Source: Sphagnum compactum | Taxonomy: Eukaryota | Length of the DNA: 64,000 nucleotides | Reading direction: 5' to 3' | Assembly (NCBI GenBank): GCA_965153455.1 | Contig: OZ234493.1 | Span: 19,334,213 to 19,398,212, forward strand | Shown: one piece after another, positions 25,701-41,044 of the stretch | Layout of the letters: every line of letters starts with the position of its first letter | How positions within the stretch are numbered: the first letter of the stretch is position 1 | Position numbers and translations under genes: made by a program | Notes under the pieces: generated by a model | The model's database searches: none | Told to the model about the DNA's origin: nothing | What the model saw: the letters and a program-made list of their open reading frames with translations, nothing else

Positions 25701-25900
25701 ACCTTATATGTAAGGAGTAAAACATTTGTAATGCAAGCAACTTTGGAAGATGGACAACAAATTCTACATATTATTGATTTTGTCCAAAATGTTTTGAATG
25801 CACTTATTGCCATTTTTTGTTTATACGGTAAAAAATTCACCAATTGTGGCAAGCTTTAGTCTTCTATAGGCTTTTACAGCCATCTAAGCAATGGCTCTTT
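22800..25900 (-). mobile_element. Possible highly decayed non-LTR RT relic(s)
   Basis: Only faint minus-strand echoes of L1-type RT motifs (ITNVLLLTYK ~ I.DNVLLA.E; SKAFYK ~ KAFD; HGDGLPLIMYF ~ QGDPLSPYLF), with many stops. Confidence 0.3.
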
Positions 25901-27297
25901 GAGTAGATCCAATTGGAAATTACGTGCAATCTATCTTTATAGGCTAAGGAGTTTTAGGAGATAGGCTCATTTCCAAAGTTTGAGCCTCAAGAGATCGAAC
26001 CACAATTTTCTCCTTCCCGTCAACCATACTAAATCAAGTGTTTGGGGTAAACCAAACCATTTCAAATGAGCCTTTAGAAGTTTCACTACATTTGACCAAG
26101 GTCACTTCCAAGCCATTGGTGCTAACAATGTTGCTTGGTGTCCTCGAAATGCACTACTATTTATCAATGTCAAGCAATCCATTTGTGGGAAAGGATATAA
26201 TCATTGATCGACCCTCCTCCTTAATTGTGGTTCCTAGTCTATTCAACTAGTTGTTCAGAAGCATGGTGTGAGGTTTAAAGGAGACATTAATCGGTGGATC
26301 ATTAACAACTATATGTTCACTCTAAAATCCTCCGCCACACCTACTCTTAGGAAGGTTGTTGTGAGGGTCCCTATTCGCCATCTTGCACAAACATACACAA
26401 CAACACCGAGACCACTAACCATCCATCATCATCATTTTTTGCAATGATAATTCAAAAAGAAAAGGGATTGACTTTGATCAACTAATAAAAGCTTGCAATT
26501 TAATTTGTTACACAAAAACAACTTTGCAATACCTATTATAGGCCTTGAAATGCCAAATGCTTTTAGTAGGTGGATTATGCAAACCCTGAAAATGGGTCAT
26601 TAAACCACCCGCTAGTTTGTTATAAATCTTCCTATGACCAATTGTGATTTTAGCTACAACAAAAAAACCCTAAAAAACCTTTGTCCTTAATCCCACACCA
26701 TTAAGCTACCCATTCTTAAAGGTTGTATTTAGTAATTACCATTGTGATCTGGCAAACTTACTTTGGGATTGTAATTTTGGGCTCTGTATTTTAAAGGCCC
26801 CAACCCATATCTGCCAACCTACTCGTTTTGAAATCACACCTTCATATAGGGTTTTTTTCTTAATGAAATTTGTGATGTAACTAGGGTGGTGATAATTTTT
26901 TAAATAATTTAACCAAATCTGGCTACCTATTAGATTTGAAAATTAAAGAAAACTATAATCCGTCCTTATCCTTGGCTACCTACTAGAACTTATGATAAAA
27001 ATTTGGCAATTTTGAAAAAAAAAACTTCCTCATAATTTGGTTAATTAGGGCCATTTTTTTCATCAAAAAATGTTTTGTATAGGTCGAAGTCATATTTTTC
27101 AGTTCAAAAATCATGAAAATTCACCATTAAATAAAACATTGTTTTATTTCAATGTTATCCTAAAAACAATATTTCATGTTTCCCCCAAAGTCGAAATAAT
27201 CCACTTGAGGATTTAGCTAAATGTGGCTAAAATAATACTCCATATTCAATAACTTTTGGACCTTGGCTCCAACATTCTAAAACCAACAAGTTGCACC

Positions 27298-27560
27298 CAA
27301 CATTTTTTTTGCTGCAAAATTTCACACCAATGCAAAATTTAAAAATGACTTGCGAGGTGTTTAGTGAGTTTTTTTTTGTTTTCAAAAAATTCACCAAAAA
27401 ATAGGGGATAAGGTGTTGTTCACCACATTTAGATTGTGTGCCCCTAGAAGTAGCTAAAAAGTAGCAAGATTCTAAAAAAAGTTAGCCAAATGTGGCTAAA
27501 TCCTTTTATGGATGGTTGCCAATGTGGTTACATTATAAAATTGAAAAAAAAATGATTGGT
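27298..27560. repeat. Dispersed repeat; uninterrupted paralogue of the element hit by the LINE (another copy at ~55210-55470)
   Basis: TTCACCACATT..AGTAGCTAAAAAGTAGCA.GATTCTAAAA..GCTAAATCCTTTTATGGATGGTTGCCAATGTG..AAAATTGAAAAA. Confidence 0.7.
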
Positions 27561-28601
27561 TGCACCATACACATTGAAAGCTTTCCAATGGTACTAATTA
27601 TATCATTTTTCAAAGGTTTTGTAGTGGCAATACAAATATAAAACATTATTTGATAATAGGATAACATAGGGTAAGCCTATGTCATTCACCTTTGCACGTA
27701 AACAAATTCAATTGATTTTTCCTTCCTAACCCAATCTTTATGATTTTTTTGTTTTACCTTTTATTGGGAAAATAAGGATATGTAGGAACCATTCATAACT
27801 ATTCCATTTGGTTTTTTTTAAATATATATAAAATTATAATACACAAATGGAATTTTGTGTGTATAGTTATAAAATTACAAGGAATTGGTTTCAATGGTAA
27901 GATTGGTGGCCTCTAATCATTGTTAGCATCACCACAACATGAAACTACCCTAGGTGGTGTAATTGGGTGTTAATTCACCCTGGTAAACAAATATGTATTT
28001 GCTTTGTATTATTGACACCCTAAACATATATATGAATTATTTTTTCATTGACACTTGGGGGACATTTGAGAATATCTCCTTCAAAAAAAAAAAGTTTAAA
28101 ATATTTGAACTTTGAACCAAAGTTGGTCGATTTTAGTTTTTGGGTCAATTTTGATTATGGGTCCTAGTTTGGTTACCAATTATCCAAACCATCAATCACA
28201 AATTGTGCATTTTTTTTTCAAAACTAAAATTGAGAATGGCCTCTAGCTATAATTGGACCTAAGTCAAAACCACCCCAAAATTTGATTTTTCCATGTTCCA
28301 ATTCCAACTAGTTAGTAAGGTTTTTTTATTTGTATTTGTATTCTTTGGCCTAATTGGCCCTATGATTATGAATGTTTGTTTCAGAATCGATGACATTTTT
28401 TAATAATAATAATACTTTTTTAAACAATAATTTTGGGGCGAGGTGGGGTTGAATTAGCAAGATAGTTGTTACTTTCAAAACATGTCTCAATCAAGGATAC
28501 AAGTTTTTAAATTTGTTTTTATAAAACTTGGATAAATAACCATGTATAATTGTTACATGTCATCACATTTGGTCAGTGGTATAGTGGTAATAACTAGAAA
28601 A

Positions 28602-28755
28602 CATTACTACAAAATGTGAGTGCAATTCATTAGTCCCCATTCACTAGACCAGTGAATTCACTACTTCCCCACTAGGTCTTATTCACTATAATCAATGAAT
28701 TCACTCATAATCCAATGAAATCGCTTGGTGTACATGGTCACCTTTTGTTGTAATG
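28602..28755. mobile_element. Short CACTA-like non-autonomous TIR element (second copy 34163-34273)
   Basis: TIRs CATTACTACAAAATGTG / CACCTTTTGTTGTAATG, with internal repeated ATTCACT motifs. Confidence 0.6.
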
Positions 28756-29004
28756 AATATGAGGTCAAAAAACCATGACAATGGGGAAGAAAACATGAAG
28801 GTTTTGATTAATGGAGTTATCCTCACCAAGACCACTAGAAGAAAACACACACCAAGTCTTTAATCAATGCATTGAAAGACCTCACAACAATGAAATGAAC
28901 ATGTTTATTTCACATTTTTGTGCATTATGTGTGTATGTACAAGTAGGAAATTACATAACAAATATAGAGGTAGGTAAATAGATAAGTGATTAATATTTTC
29001 ATAC

Positions 29005-29270
29005 ATGCCAACCTATACCTATTTAAATCTATGCCCTATCCACAACCAATCAACCTACCTACCTAGCAATCCACAACCTACCTTCTAAATTACCTAGCTA
29101 ACTAGTTGCTACCTATCCACAACCTATGTATTTACTTAACTACCTACCTATCAACAACCTACCTACCTACATTATGTTTACCCAAAACCAACCCGTTAGC
29201 TACCTATTTACCTACAATAAACTTACCCACAACCAACCAACCTACTTCCCTACCTACATAACCTATGTGT
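29005..29270. repeat. Low-complexity (ACCT/CTAC)-rich tract
   Basis: Many ACCTACCT and CAACCTAC motifs. Confidence 0.7.
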
Positions 29271-31675
29271 TTACTTGTGTTGGGGGTGTAGGATTCAATT
29301 CAGTCTCACTAATCTTTATGATTAGAACAAGTTCATAATTAACCAAGAGCTTAGAGTAGAATTCAATATTTTCCAATGATTAACAATTTTAGAAATATGA
29401 TTAAAATTTTCATCATTATTTTAAAATAGCATATTTATTTCATTGAATGATTATTTAAGTTCCAAAGATGGGAGGGTTTATTCCCACATATAAATTTACA
29501 TTCCATTATGATATTTGAAATGTTTAAAATCATCACATGCATAAAGCACCAAACATGTTTTCCCTTTGAAATATTTGCCCATTATAAACCAAATTAAACC
29601 CCCCCCCTTCCACCCCCCCTCACCCCCCCTTGTTAGTGCTAATGCATTACACAAGATTGCAATGCATAGTACATTACAATCTTGTGTAATGCATTATTTT
29701 AAAAGTATTTTCTTGAACCATACATTTCTTTGCACTGTCTTGTGGCGAATTAGAGATTCAAAATTATTGTCAATTACAACTTCAATTCATATAAACATCA
29801 CCAAGATAGGAGGTTGAAAAATATGCCACGTGATGAAAAATGAAGAAATGAACCTTTTTTCTTTATTGAGAGTAATGCCTTGTATGCCAAGCATTCTTTA
29901 AATTTCACCCCTAGGCCTCAAACTACCGTCCTTAGCTCTAAGAGGTTGTCTTTTTGGAGTGCATTTTCATAGAATGCATGGGGTTACCATGCAAGCATTC
30001 AATGTTGTAAGGAATGAAAAATAAATATCTTATAAAATCCATTGAAAAGAATGTATGGTCAAAACACATATATTCTTCATGTACATATTTGTAATGGATG
30101 TGAATTCAATGGTAGGTGGGCAAGGATGAATGTAGATGAATATGGATGAATTTCATCCATCCATGATTGTCAAACGTTATTGCACAAATGAAAAATCAAA
30201 CAAAGGAAAAGGACATTCGCATGAATATTGCATTCAAGCCATACAATTATACATTGAATGATCACATTTCAAGGTCAAGGGATTTGCTATTTTTTTTAAC
30301 ATCTAGAGGTTGTGTGAATTTCAATCTTGTATGCATACAATTCACCTTTGCTTTACATGCATTCCATTGTCTACTATGATTTTTTGGGTTTTTATTATTA
30401 AATTAAAAAAAATATTTTGATAAAAAAATCCATAGTTTTTGTTGGGTTCTACCATATAGCTTAAAACGCTATTGTTGTTTTCACAATGTATTTACAAGCA
30501 TGAAAATTTCCTTGTTGAGTTTTTAAAATGGTCCTATCCTTAAGTGGGAACTTTTCGAATTTAGAACATTGTGTAGTAGATGTGTTTTAATCATGGGAAA
30601 GCCTTAAGGGAGCGCATTTTTAAGAAACTGGTTTGCCTGGGCTTTACCTCATGAGAGCCATTTATTTGAGGATTGTTCTTCCCTAAGGCTTGATTTAACA
30701 CAAAATGTGAAGGATCCACAAAAAGTTTAAACATCCATGCTTAAACTTTTTTATCTTCATAAATTGTGTTTATAGCAAAATTTAGTTAAATTGTCTTACA
30801 AATGATTGTCGTTATAACTACATCACAAAAATGAAGGAAGAAAAAAACACTGAAGAGGATTTTCTTCCTTGACACCCTCCCATTTAGAAGAAGATGAAAA
30901 ATTAGAGTTGGACTAGTTACATCACAATGCCCAAAATTTAAAAATGAAGAAAAAGATTTTAAAAAAATAAAATAGGAAAATGGCAAAGCATCAACAACAA
31001 TGTCCCCCTCCCCACTTTTACTAGGAATCTCATGCATTTTTTATTTTAAAATTATGGTTTTGAAACTTTGGTGTTTTTTTCCCCATTTTTTTTCCATTTT
31101 TTGAATTTACACAAAATATCAAAAATATCCTTTTTTTCAGCCATAACTTTTTAAAAATGATTTTCTTAGTGATGCCATGGTATTGGGATTGATGATTTTA
31201 ATTTTATTTTTGAGTTTTTCGATTTTGCTAAGTTGGCAATCATAAATGCCAATATTTTGCCATCGCTCCACAAGAGAACTCATTGTGGAGTTTTTCAAAA
31301 GTCCTTCATTAATGTGACTACAAGTACTATAGCCTATGGTAGAAATTTGGCAAATTTTTTAAAAAAAATTCGTCTGAAATTTTGCGAATTTTAGGCCATT
31401 TAAAAAAATAAAATCGATTGCGTTGTTGTTGTTGGCCACATATTTTTTCAAAAAATGATGAAAATTCGCCACATTAAAAAACATTGATTGGGAAGTATGA
31501 AATGTGGGCATGGGGAAAATATTTCTTCCAACCCCCCCAAGAAAAGGGCAAAAAGGAATGTCATTGATGACAGTGCCCTTTCCCTTCTCTCCATCCTTTC
31601 CCTACTAGGAAAAGAAAAACATGATTGTTTATAATAATTATTTTCTCACATTCCTCTCACCATCCTCCCTTTCTT

Positions 31676-31871
31676 GGCGGAGGCGAATTGACCCTCACAT
31701 TGGGATTATGGTAAAAACAAAAAAAACCCCAAAACCCATTTAAACTATTTATAAATACTCTAAATATTTATAAATATCATCTCCATATACTAAATTAAGG
31801 TCCTTAATCCAAATCTATAAATTTCGGGGTTTTTTACCATGATCAGAATGTTAGGGTCAATTTGCCCTGGC
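31676..31871. mobile_element. MITE with ~40-bp TIRs
   Basis: GGCGGAGGCGAATTGACCCTCACATTGGGATTATGGTAAAAA versus the reverse complement of the right end, GGCCAGGGCAAATTGACCCTAACATTCTGATCATGGTAAAAA. Confidence 0.8.
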
Positions 31872-33860
31872 CCCCCTTGCTAAGGAAAAAGAGGATTGTA
31901 GTTGTGCACTAATTGTTTTTGCCCTCACCCTAAAGATGTAGTTATTCAAAAGAATGTAATTTGTTTGTTTCTCATGTTGAGACTTGAGACCTCCCAAATT
32001 GTGGTGCTTTAGACCATGTTCTTGGTATCTTTGGAAAGCTTATGACATACATTAGGGGTGATTTGGCTTAATTTTGTATTGTTTCCACTAACATTGTATA
32101 AATTATTGGATATTTATTTTGTCTCATTGAAAATTAAATCAATACTTAAGCAAAAATTTCAAAGGAATTAGGGTGCATCTAGATTTTTTTGAAATTTTTT
32201 TTTCAATTAGGATATAATGGAATTAATTTCATAATTTTCAGACCTAAGGTACGGGAGACATTATAATATGAGTATTTCATAATTGAAAATTCAAATATAT
32301 TTCAAAAATAGATTCAAAGACAAAAATATGGGTTAAATGTTTTACTTGCACCTTAGTTTTAAATTGAGATGCAATTAAACCTTTTTTAAAATTCAAATTT
32401 AGTTAGTAAAATCCTTCTCATATTATGTCAATTGAAAATATTTAAACTTCATTATGAAAGGTTTTCCAAAATCTACACAAAAAATACTAAAAACATTAAA
32501 ATATATATTTGAATTGAGGAAAATTGCATTTAAATCTTGCATTTCAATACATTTCAACAATGATGTCTTGAAAACATTTTCTTTTTTTAACTATCATTAT
32601 CTTTTTCATACTTCGTCCAAATGAAAGAAATTTTTAAATATGATTTTTTTGGTATAACATAATACATTTAAATTATGAAATTTAATACAAATAATTCATA
32701 AAATATGATATATCAACATATAATAATGTTAATCTCAAGACCATTTAATGTTTAGTATATTTAGAAAATACAATACGTTTAAATTTGGTATACTAAATAC
32801 ATACACGTTAAATTTTATGTTATAATACGAGTTTGATTATGTAGTTTGAAAATATAAATTAATTTTGAAATATAATTATTTTTTAAATGAAATTTCTATT
32901 ACAAATTATAAATATGTCTAGTATAATATTCATTTTATTCACAAATATTTTTATCAATATAGCATATAACAAATAAATATTTTCATATATTATATATAAG
33001 CGATGATAAAAATATTCAATAAATAAAACAATTATATGTAATATGTACAGAATTTTACATGTTATGTATTTTATATCTTATAAAAAAATGACATATTATA
33101 TAATATTTATTATATATTTCTGTGTTACAAAATATTTGATTTTGATTTTGTTTTGTTGTAAACATCATTTAGCATTTTATTGAATAAAGGCAGAAAATAA
33201 AATCTGGCTTATTTTTCAGAATTAAAATAAAATTTTATTTCAATAGTATATATATTCGATTTAAGACTGATAATATATACATTAATTAACAATGAATTAT
33301 ATCATTAATTGATATAATAAATACATTGAAATGAATTTATGTAGAATTATTTTACCAATAATTTTCAATATTAAGAAATTAGGTAAATTATGTAATTAAA
33401 TATTTTTAATTAATAATTAAAATTAATAAAATAACATATAAATTATTACTTGTTTATATATTTATTTAAAATAATCCAAAAATAAAATACATTAATTTTT
33501 TATTATATATAAATGGAATATTTATATTTAGTATTAATTATTTAAAAATGAAATGAAGATATTTAAAACAAAATATTCTAAATGGTTTTAATATTTAAAT
33601 AATTATTATATTATGTAATTATAAATAATATGCTAGTTGATCATACAAAATATTTTTAAAATATTAATAGTATTCCAATTAATTAACATAAATAATTAAT
33701 AAAATTAAATAACTAAGAAATTCCTTATTTATTTATTTATTTGGAATTTTATTGTAGTTCATTTGGGTTCAAAATAATGGAATATGTTGATTGATTTTAA
33801 ATTATTCTACATATCGTATTACATTATATTACTGAAATATACTATTTGTAATATACTATA

Positions 33861-33865
<5 letters not shown>

Positions 33866-33903
<38 letters not shown>
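33866..33903. repeat. (TA)n(CA)n microsatellite inside an extremely AT-rich block (~32.3-34.1 kb)
   Basis: Read directly from the sequence. Confidence 0.9.
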
Positions 33904-34162
33904 TTTTTTCATCTTTTTATTTCTTAAAACTTGTCTTTACATTGTAAAAAATGAAGGCCCAAATTAATATATGGCAATTAAATTCAAAATTGTATGTAAA
34001 ATAAATTTCTAAATGTGTCCTAAGTTGGTTGAAATCACATTCCAATTTGTCATATCATAACTATTTGATGTAATAAAAGGTTATGATAAATAATCTTATA
34101 TTTTATAAATTAATTATATTAAATAAATAATGACATGATGAAATTCAAGTGAAAAATTTCAA

Positions 34163-34273
34163 TTTTACTACAAAATGTGGGTGTAGTTCATTAGTCCCTA
34201 TACATTACATTAGGGAATTCATTCAAAATCCAGTGAAATCATTTGGCGTACAAGGACACCTTTTGTCGTAATG
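34163..34273. mobile_element. Shorter copy of the CACTA-like mini element
   Basis: TTACTACAAAATGTGGGTGTAGTTCATTAGTCCC..CACCTTTTGTCGTAATG matches 28602-28755 with an internal deletion. Confidence 0.6.
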
Positions 34274-37200
34274 AATAAAAGTGAGAAAATTCTTTGGTAG
34301 TAAAGAACTCCACCTAAAGTGGGTCAAAATGACTACATGGTGATTATGCAATAGGCGCGATGGAATGGGGAAAGGATGTGGTCAAATTATTTCACAAATA
34401 GATAGTATTGTGATTTAGGCTAGTGAAATAGGATGGATTATGTAGTAGTGTTTGGAACCATTTTGGAAGGATAAGCATGTGAACACACTTGGACAAATGA
34501 CATAGGTTACATTAGATTTATGTTATTGAGAATTTGGATTTCAAATTGAACAAACTAATTTCTTTGTATCATACAAAGCAAAAAATGATTAGAAATCACA
34601 AAAAGAAGATTTAGAAATTTAGTATTGGGAAAATCAAAATAAAAAATTGAGAATTTAAAAAAAAATGTCAAAAATATTGGTTCAAAACTAAATCTTCCTT
34701 AAAATGATTTGTTGTTTCAAAAATGTTCAAATTCAAAAAAAATCATGACATGAAGGAAAATTATGTTTCAAACTTTGTTCGCATTTGGGTTAGTGACACG
34801 GGCCACATTAGTTAAGATGAGAAAACAAATTTAAAACAAATTTATCATCAACAACAATGCACCCCTTTTCTTTTTGTTAGGCTGTGCAACTAGTTAAGTT
34901 GCCTTTTTTTGACACATGAATTGCACTCTTGAGCCAATGGAAGGATCAGTCCAATTTTCATATATAATTCATTATTCATTGGACTAGTTTTAAGTGAGTT
35001 TAAAAACATAATGAATAAAATATCTATTTGGAATGCCATAGCATTTTAACATGTGAAAACCCAAAAATCTCTAGGACATTAGAATATTGTCTTGTACACA
35101 CTATGTATTGATGGCAATAGTTCAAAGATTATACAAATCAATTAGTGAGTGGATCAAAATTGTTGTTTCTATTTTGATTCATCATTATGATTCTCAATGG
35201 ATTTTTTATGTTCATGCATTCACCTTTTTTAATCCATTTGGTTATCATTCATCCATTTTTGAATTGCATCCATCTATAAGTTATGACATATGTATTATGA
35301 TACATAACATTGTGTATGGTATTTATTTTGGAGTTAATGAAGACCATCCAAAAAGTGGACAACTTTCATCTATGTTTGTAACCTATTTTGACCTATTATC
35401 AAAGGCACAATCTATGAAAGTGCATTCCCAACAACAATCCTCTTGGCTCCAGAGTTTCAAATGAAAGAATGCCCTCTACTCATGGCATTCCTATATATAG
35501 AATGATCAATTCATTAGTATCAGTCCATTCATGTTAATTGCACGAATTTTGTAAAAAAAGTTCAACAATTATACAACCATAAAGAATTTTTGCAAACCAT
35601 AGAGTAGTACATGAAATTGGATGGTAGCTAGCTTGGACTAGTTATTAGGCAATAGTTCAAGGCCTCTACCTCCTTTTGTACATTTTGTTACATTTGTACA
35701 TGTTTTAAAAATTTGGGACAAAAAGTCAAAATTTGAAGCATAGGTAGGTATCCATTTTTTAAATTCAAAATGTCATATTAGGAAGACATCCCATATGCAA
35801 TGAATGGGATAGTAGGGGAAAAGTGGATGAACGTAGAATCGAACTCTACAACCCCTGCATCCATTACTATGACAAGTTATGGACAAAGAGACATGAGCCT
35901 ATATTTAATAGTAGTTTGTGAACAAAAATACTTGTATTGTTTACGTACCAAAACGAGAAAACCATATGAAAAAGGGTTGGATTGAACCAACATTGCCAAT
36001 CAATGATGTAGCAATTGGTGGATGAGGCTTTTAAAACGTTTTGGGGTGAACCTTGTATTGGACCCAACTTAGTTGTATATAAATATTAGTTTTCCTTCAT
36101 TGTCCCACATTTTGGAAATTTCCTACCTACCTCCCTCTTTCTACTTATATTACATTGGGTTGGATGTATACTATAAGTGTGTAGTAGGTTTGATAAAAAA
36201 ATAAATTCTAAACTAAATTGGACAATAGATAGGTTTTAGTGCCTCAAGAATTTACACTGCCTAGTAACAAGTCAAATTGTCATTCGTTTTTGCCCCAAAA
36301 TTATTAGTACAAAAAAACCTTACTACTGAAAATAATTATATGCAAAGACTTGTCAAACCTACTATACACCTGTGGTATATATGCACATCATGTCATGATG
36401 ATATGCATTTGCATGTTATCACTTTCAAACATTGTTGTGATTTTACATCCAAATGTAAAATGGGTGACATTATTGACATGCAAAACATTAGGGCAACATG
36501 TATGGATGTTGCCAATTTGGATGAAATTCTCATACCAATTGATGTGGAAACATGATCATGTGGATGGTCTTAAAGAAATATAAATTGACCACACAATGGT
36601 AATCAATCACGCAATTTTTTCCATCTCTATTTGTGAATTCACACATGGATTATGTTGAACTTTATGTATGAAAAATGACATTATTGATCAAATTGTGATT
36701 GATGTAACCAAGAACAAATTTAACACTTGAAACTTTACAATATCCATCACATATACCTTCATGCATTTGATGCCGTTCATAGTTGTTAATTTCCTCAAGA
36801 TTGTCATTTGTCATCCATGAGGTCCAATTTTAACTGACCCAATATTATTAAAAAAGACATTGTTCATTATATTGTCAAAATTTTCAAGATATTGTAGCAA
36901 AGGGGAATGTTCACTTTGTTCTTTTCTCAATGCACCAAGGCAATATGAAACATAGTACTTTGGCCACTTTGACACATCTATCAAACATTAATTAACTAAA
37001 TTTGAAATTATTATTTGGACAAATGGAATATACCTGAAAATATAATATTTCCTTCACATATATAGATTTTTTGTCAATTGCAAAAGTACTTTTTGAACAT
37101 TCACCATAATTTAAAATGGCATAATTAGTGTGGAAACATAGTCTACTATACTGGATCCATGTGGAGTTTCCTGTGTAAAAATGTGATGATGAATTTGAAT

Positions 37201-38289
37201 TTGAAAGCATTCCCCAAGTAGTGACAAGATCATGAGTGTAACCATTTTTTCCATTTTATAATATTTGGAACTAGCTTGCCAACATAAGACCAATGGAATC
37301 TATATTGTAAATAATAAATTTTATGAAGTTTAAATTCTAAATAGTTTACAACGGAGTCCCATCCTCCAAATCAATAATTCGTCCATGAACATGGAACATC
37401 TCAATATGAAAACTTGTATATGGAAAATTGCAAATTTACAACAATTCATTTCCATCAATAGTTTCATCCTCCAACTCATTGGTATTGACCTTAATGAAAT
37501 GTTGAACAAATTTCCAAAATCCTAAATAACACATTGCATGGTTTTGTATTGTTGTTTGGAATGGCTAGAGGCATATGTGCCCATACTTCCATTACAAAGT
37601 ACTATATTTTCCAAAGGTATTATTTGAGTTCAAATGTTGTTATATTTCTAAGGTGCCACAATGCAATATTTGAATATGGAATAAAGATTGGAATGTAGTC
37701 AGGTTGATAATTATCCATGAACTACCCACATGAGCATTAGAGAACATCAATTGGTTTTTGGAGGTTGACTCCCAAATTGATAATCCATGCACATAAACTC
37801 GAACAAAGTGGGTGTTAAATTTGTTCAAGTCTATGTGCATAGAATCATAAGTGGTAGTTAAATTTTGCATCCACTTTCTAAGGGATATTATAATTTCTTG
37901 CAGCTAACAACATAATATTCATTGAAGGCAGCGAAATGTCTGCTCATCGTCTGCTCATAGTTGAAGAACTAGGCTTAGATCCACACTCAAAAATCTACTA
38001 ATTTTTTAAAGTGTTAAAACTGCCTAGACTGAATGTTCTTTGAAAATCAAATAACTAGCGAGCACTAGTTATCACCCAATTAGGATTCAATGTTTGTTTA
38101 GAGTTTGCTTCTAGTACCAAAGGTGTGATTTTATCTCAAACTCTTTCAATTTTATTTTTGTCGAGTTCAACTTGTAAAGTTTGAATTTTAATTCATAATT
38201 AATATTTTAAAAAAACAATCTTGTTTGGCATTTGATATGTAGGTAGTGAAATAAATATGTACATATATAGATCTACATACCTCAATAAA

Positions 38290-40676
38290 TAGGTAGAATT
38301 TTCTTTTTGAGATTCCAAAAACTAGAATCGATTTTGGGACCCCTAATGTGAGCATTACATTTCTCATTAAAATACAGTGGCTATTATGTGACCCAAATTT
38401 GGGTATTGGACTTCCCATTCAATAAAATAGTTATAACGTAACCCAAATTCGGGTATTGCATTTGTCATTCAAAAATAGTTGCATTTTCTTTTCGAAATTC
38501 CAAAAACCAGAATCTATTTTGTGACCCCTGAAGCATGGGTATTGCATTTGTCATTCAAAAACAATTGCATTTTCTTTTTCAGATTCCAAAACCATAATCT
38601 ATTTGGGGACCCTTTAATGTGGGTATTGCATGTTTAGGAATAGTTCTATATTATGTGAAACTATTGTCTAGGCACATAAAACTATTTTTCAAAGATGTCA
38701 TACCAATAGTCTAACATCACTAGCCTAAATGAACTATTCCATGAACCTGTTCCCCAAAAATGTCGCATTGGTAATCTAAAATCACTAGCCTCAATGAATA
38801 ATTCCACATGTTTGACGGTATGTTGTGGGTACCCTTTCGGCATTTGTTATTAATTGGTGGGTATACACATGGTGATGTTCCATTTGTAGATGGACTACAG
38901 CTGTCGCAAAGTCTTCCTTTGAAGTACCTCAAAGTCTACACCACAAAACAATTTCCATAATCAACTCGTTTGAAAACTACAAACCAAACAAGTAAACAAT
39001 AATAAACAAATGAGTGTCGAAGGGATACCTGCCGTGATCATTTCGGACTCATGAAGATTCACCACCGCATCAATCTCTTTGAGCTGAGTTGCTCGATTGG
39101 ACTCCCACTCCCAATGTTTTGCATCTCAAGCCACTTGTACCTTCTTTGCATATCCATGTTGAGTGGTGTGAATGATAGATGCTACATCTTCATCATCTTC
39201 AATCCACCTATGGATATCACATGGTATGTTCCCCACACCACAAATGGTGATGCCCAACACTTGTAACAATGGGTTAGAGGTCAATTTCACCAAAATGGGT
39301 TGCGGTAGCTCCGGTTTCCCTTGTGTTAAAAAAAGATTCAATCCCATTCTCTTTAGGCCTTTTGCAGGTTCGAGTAACCGCCTTCTGGTCATTTCGTTTT
39401 TGAATGGCCCGTGCATCACTCAAGACATGGGCATTCATTTGATGATGGTCTTGATGATGAGGTCCACCTTCACGAATGAACGGCCGTCCAATTTTACCTT
39501 TTTCCGCACAAGGTCATGTTTCAACTTGAGATGCTAAGTGAGTAAAGATTTTGAAGCATATGAAGCTGAACATGTGTTAACTTGTCACATCCATTTGGAG
39601 CCTCTTTTCATCCAATCTATATCCTTCCGAACAACATTGGGTGCAATTGGCTCATTTATGTTTTCAACCGGCTCGTTAATTTCAAGCTAAACTAGAATTG
39701 GAGAAAAACTAAAAAACAAATTAAAAACCAACAAAATGCCAAATAAGATATTGCATATTATGTACAGTACATAAAAATGGTATGAAAAGTTTTAGAATGA
39801 GAATGCATACTAGAAGGAGTGAGTGCCATTGATGTCTGGACATTTGATGGAGTAGATTTTGATCGATCTTTGATCAATCTCTTGCGTGGAGGCATTATAA
39901 CCCTGTACTGAAGAAAGAGGATTCAGCAAAACGTTATGTAGCAAACCTATAAATGCCAACATTCCATTGTAATAGGAAATGGTCAGTATGGGGACAATGG
40001 GGGAAAAAAAGTGATGGAGGTTGACAACAGGAAGTTGTAAGAGTTCAAATAGTAGGCAGTCCAAACTTATAGGAAGTTGATAGTAGTAGTTGCAAGAGTT
40101 CAAGTGGTAGGCAGTCCAAGCTTACAGGAAGCTGACAATAATAGTTGCAAGAGTTCAAGTGGTAGGTAGTCCAAACGTGGAAGTTCGCCAGAAGATACTC
40201 TAGATGCGACATGAATTCAGTGATAGGCAGTCCAAACGCGGAAATTCGCTAGAAGATACTCGAGATGCGATAGGAAGGGTATTGTGGACGCGGTAGAGAG
40301 TGCATGACGTTGCGATGGGAGCTAACAACCAGGGTTGCACGAGGTTAGGCGGGGACACTGCACAGGAACACCTCACATAGGAACACGGGAACATCATAAA
40401 AAAAGGGGAAAAAAACCATAACTATAAAAGACGAGAAAAAGTGGGGTCGGGGAAGAAAGTTGGAGGCGAGAAAAAACAAAAGAGAACCTGCAAAAACAAA
40501 GCAGAAGCAACAAAACACACAAAACACACAACCCACAAAGGGAGGAAGGAAAACCAAACCAAAGAGGGGGAAAAGAACAGAGGCCAAGGAAACGAGAGAG
40601 GTCCGGGTTTTTGGGGGAGGGGAGACGGTGAGAACGGAGTAAGTAGGGGTGTTGGAGCAGTCATGCGTATGAGGCG

Positions 40677-40713
<37 letters not shown>

Positions 40714-40760
40714 CCTCTAATACCCACGGGTCTACTCCCCAGGGTGGCACCCGGGCAAGA
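38290..40760 (-). mobile_element. Decayed TE-like unit of unknown class
   Basis: Contains repeats at 38300-38640 (GGGTATTGCATTTGTCATTCAAAA), stop-interrupted minus-strand coding-like sequence at 38700-39900, ~57-bp tandem repeats at 40030-40270, a GC-richer promoter-like end, and (TA)16 at 40679-40710. Confidence 0.4.
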
Positions 40761-41044
40761 AGTAAACAAGGACATGGCGAAATGAAGGGACGGGCGCAAG
40801 AGGAGGAAATGAAGGGGGAGGGGGAATGGGGTCCCATAAAAGCAAGGTTTTTTTTGGGGAGGTGGCGATCATCCAGCCTTAGGTTACCTCTATAGAAAAA
40901 TTAAAATCCTTCTTTAATCTTCACTACCGATGGGAACTTATCATAAACATTGGCAATTTGGAATCACTAGTTAGGGTCGTTTTTTTTCATTGTATCACAA
41001 TTTCTTCATGAAAATTTGTTTTTCATGAAAAATCATTTGACGAT

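Noticed and set aside
40345-40799. ORFs of 80-125 aa around the (TA)n tract
   Set aside because: Low-complexity translations (YIYIYI; K-rich or F-rich) with no domain.
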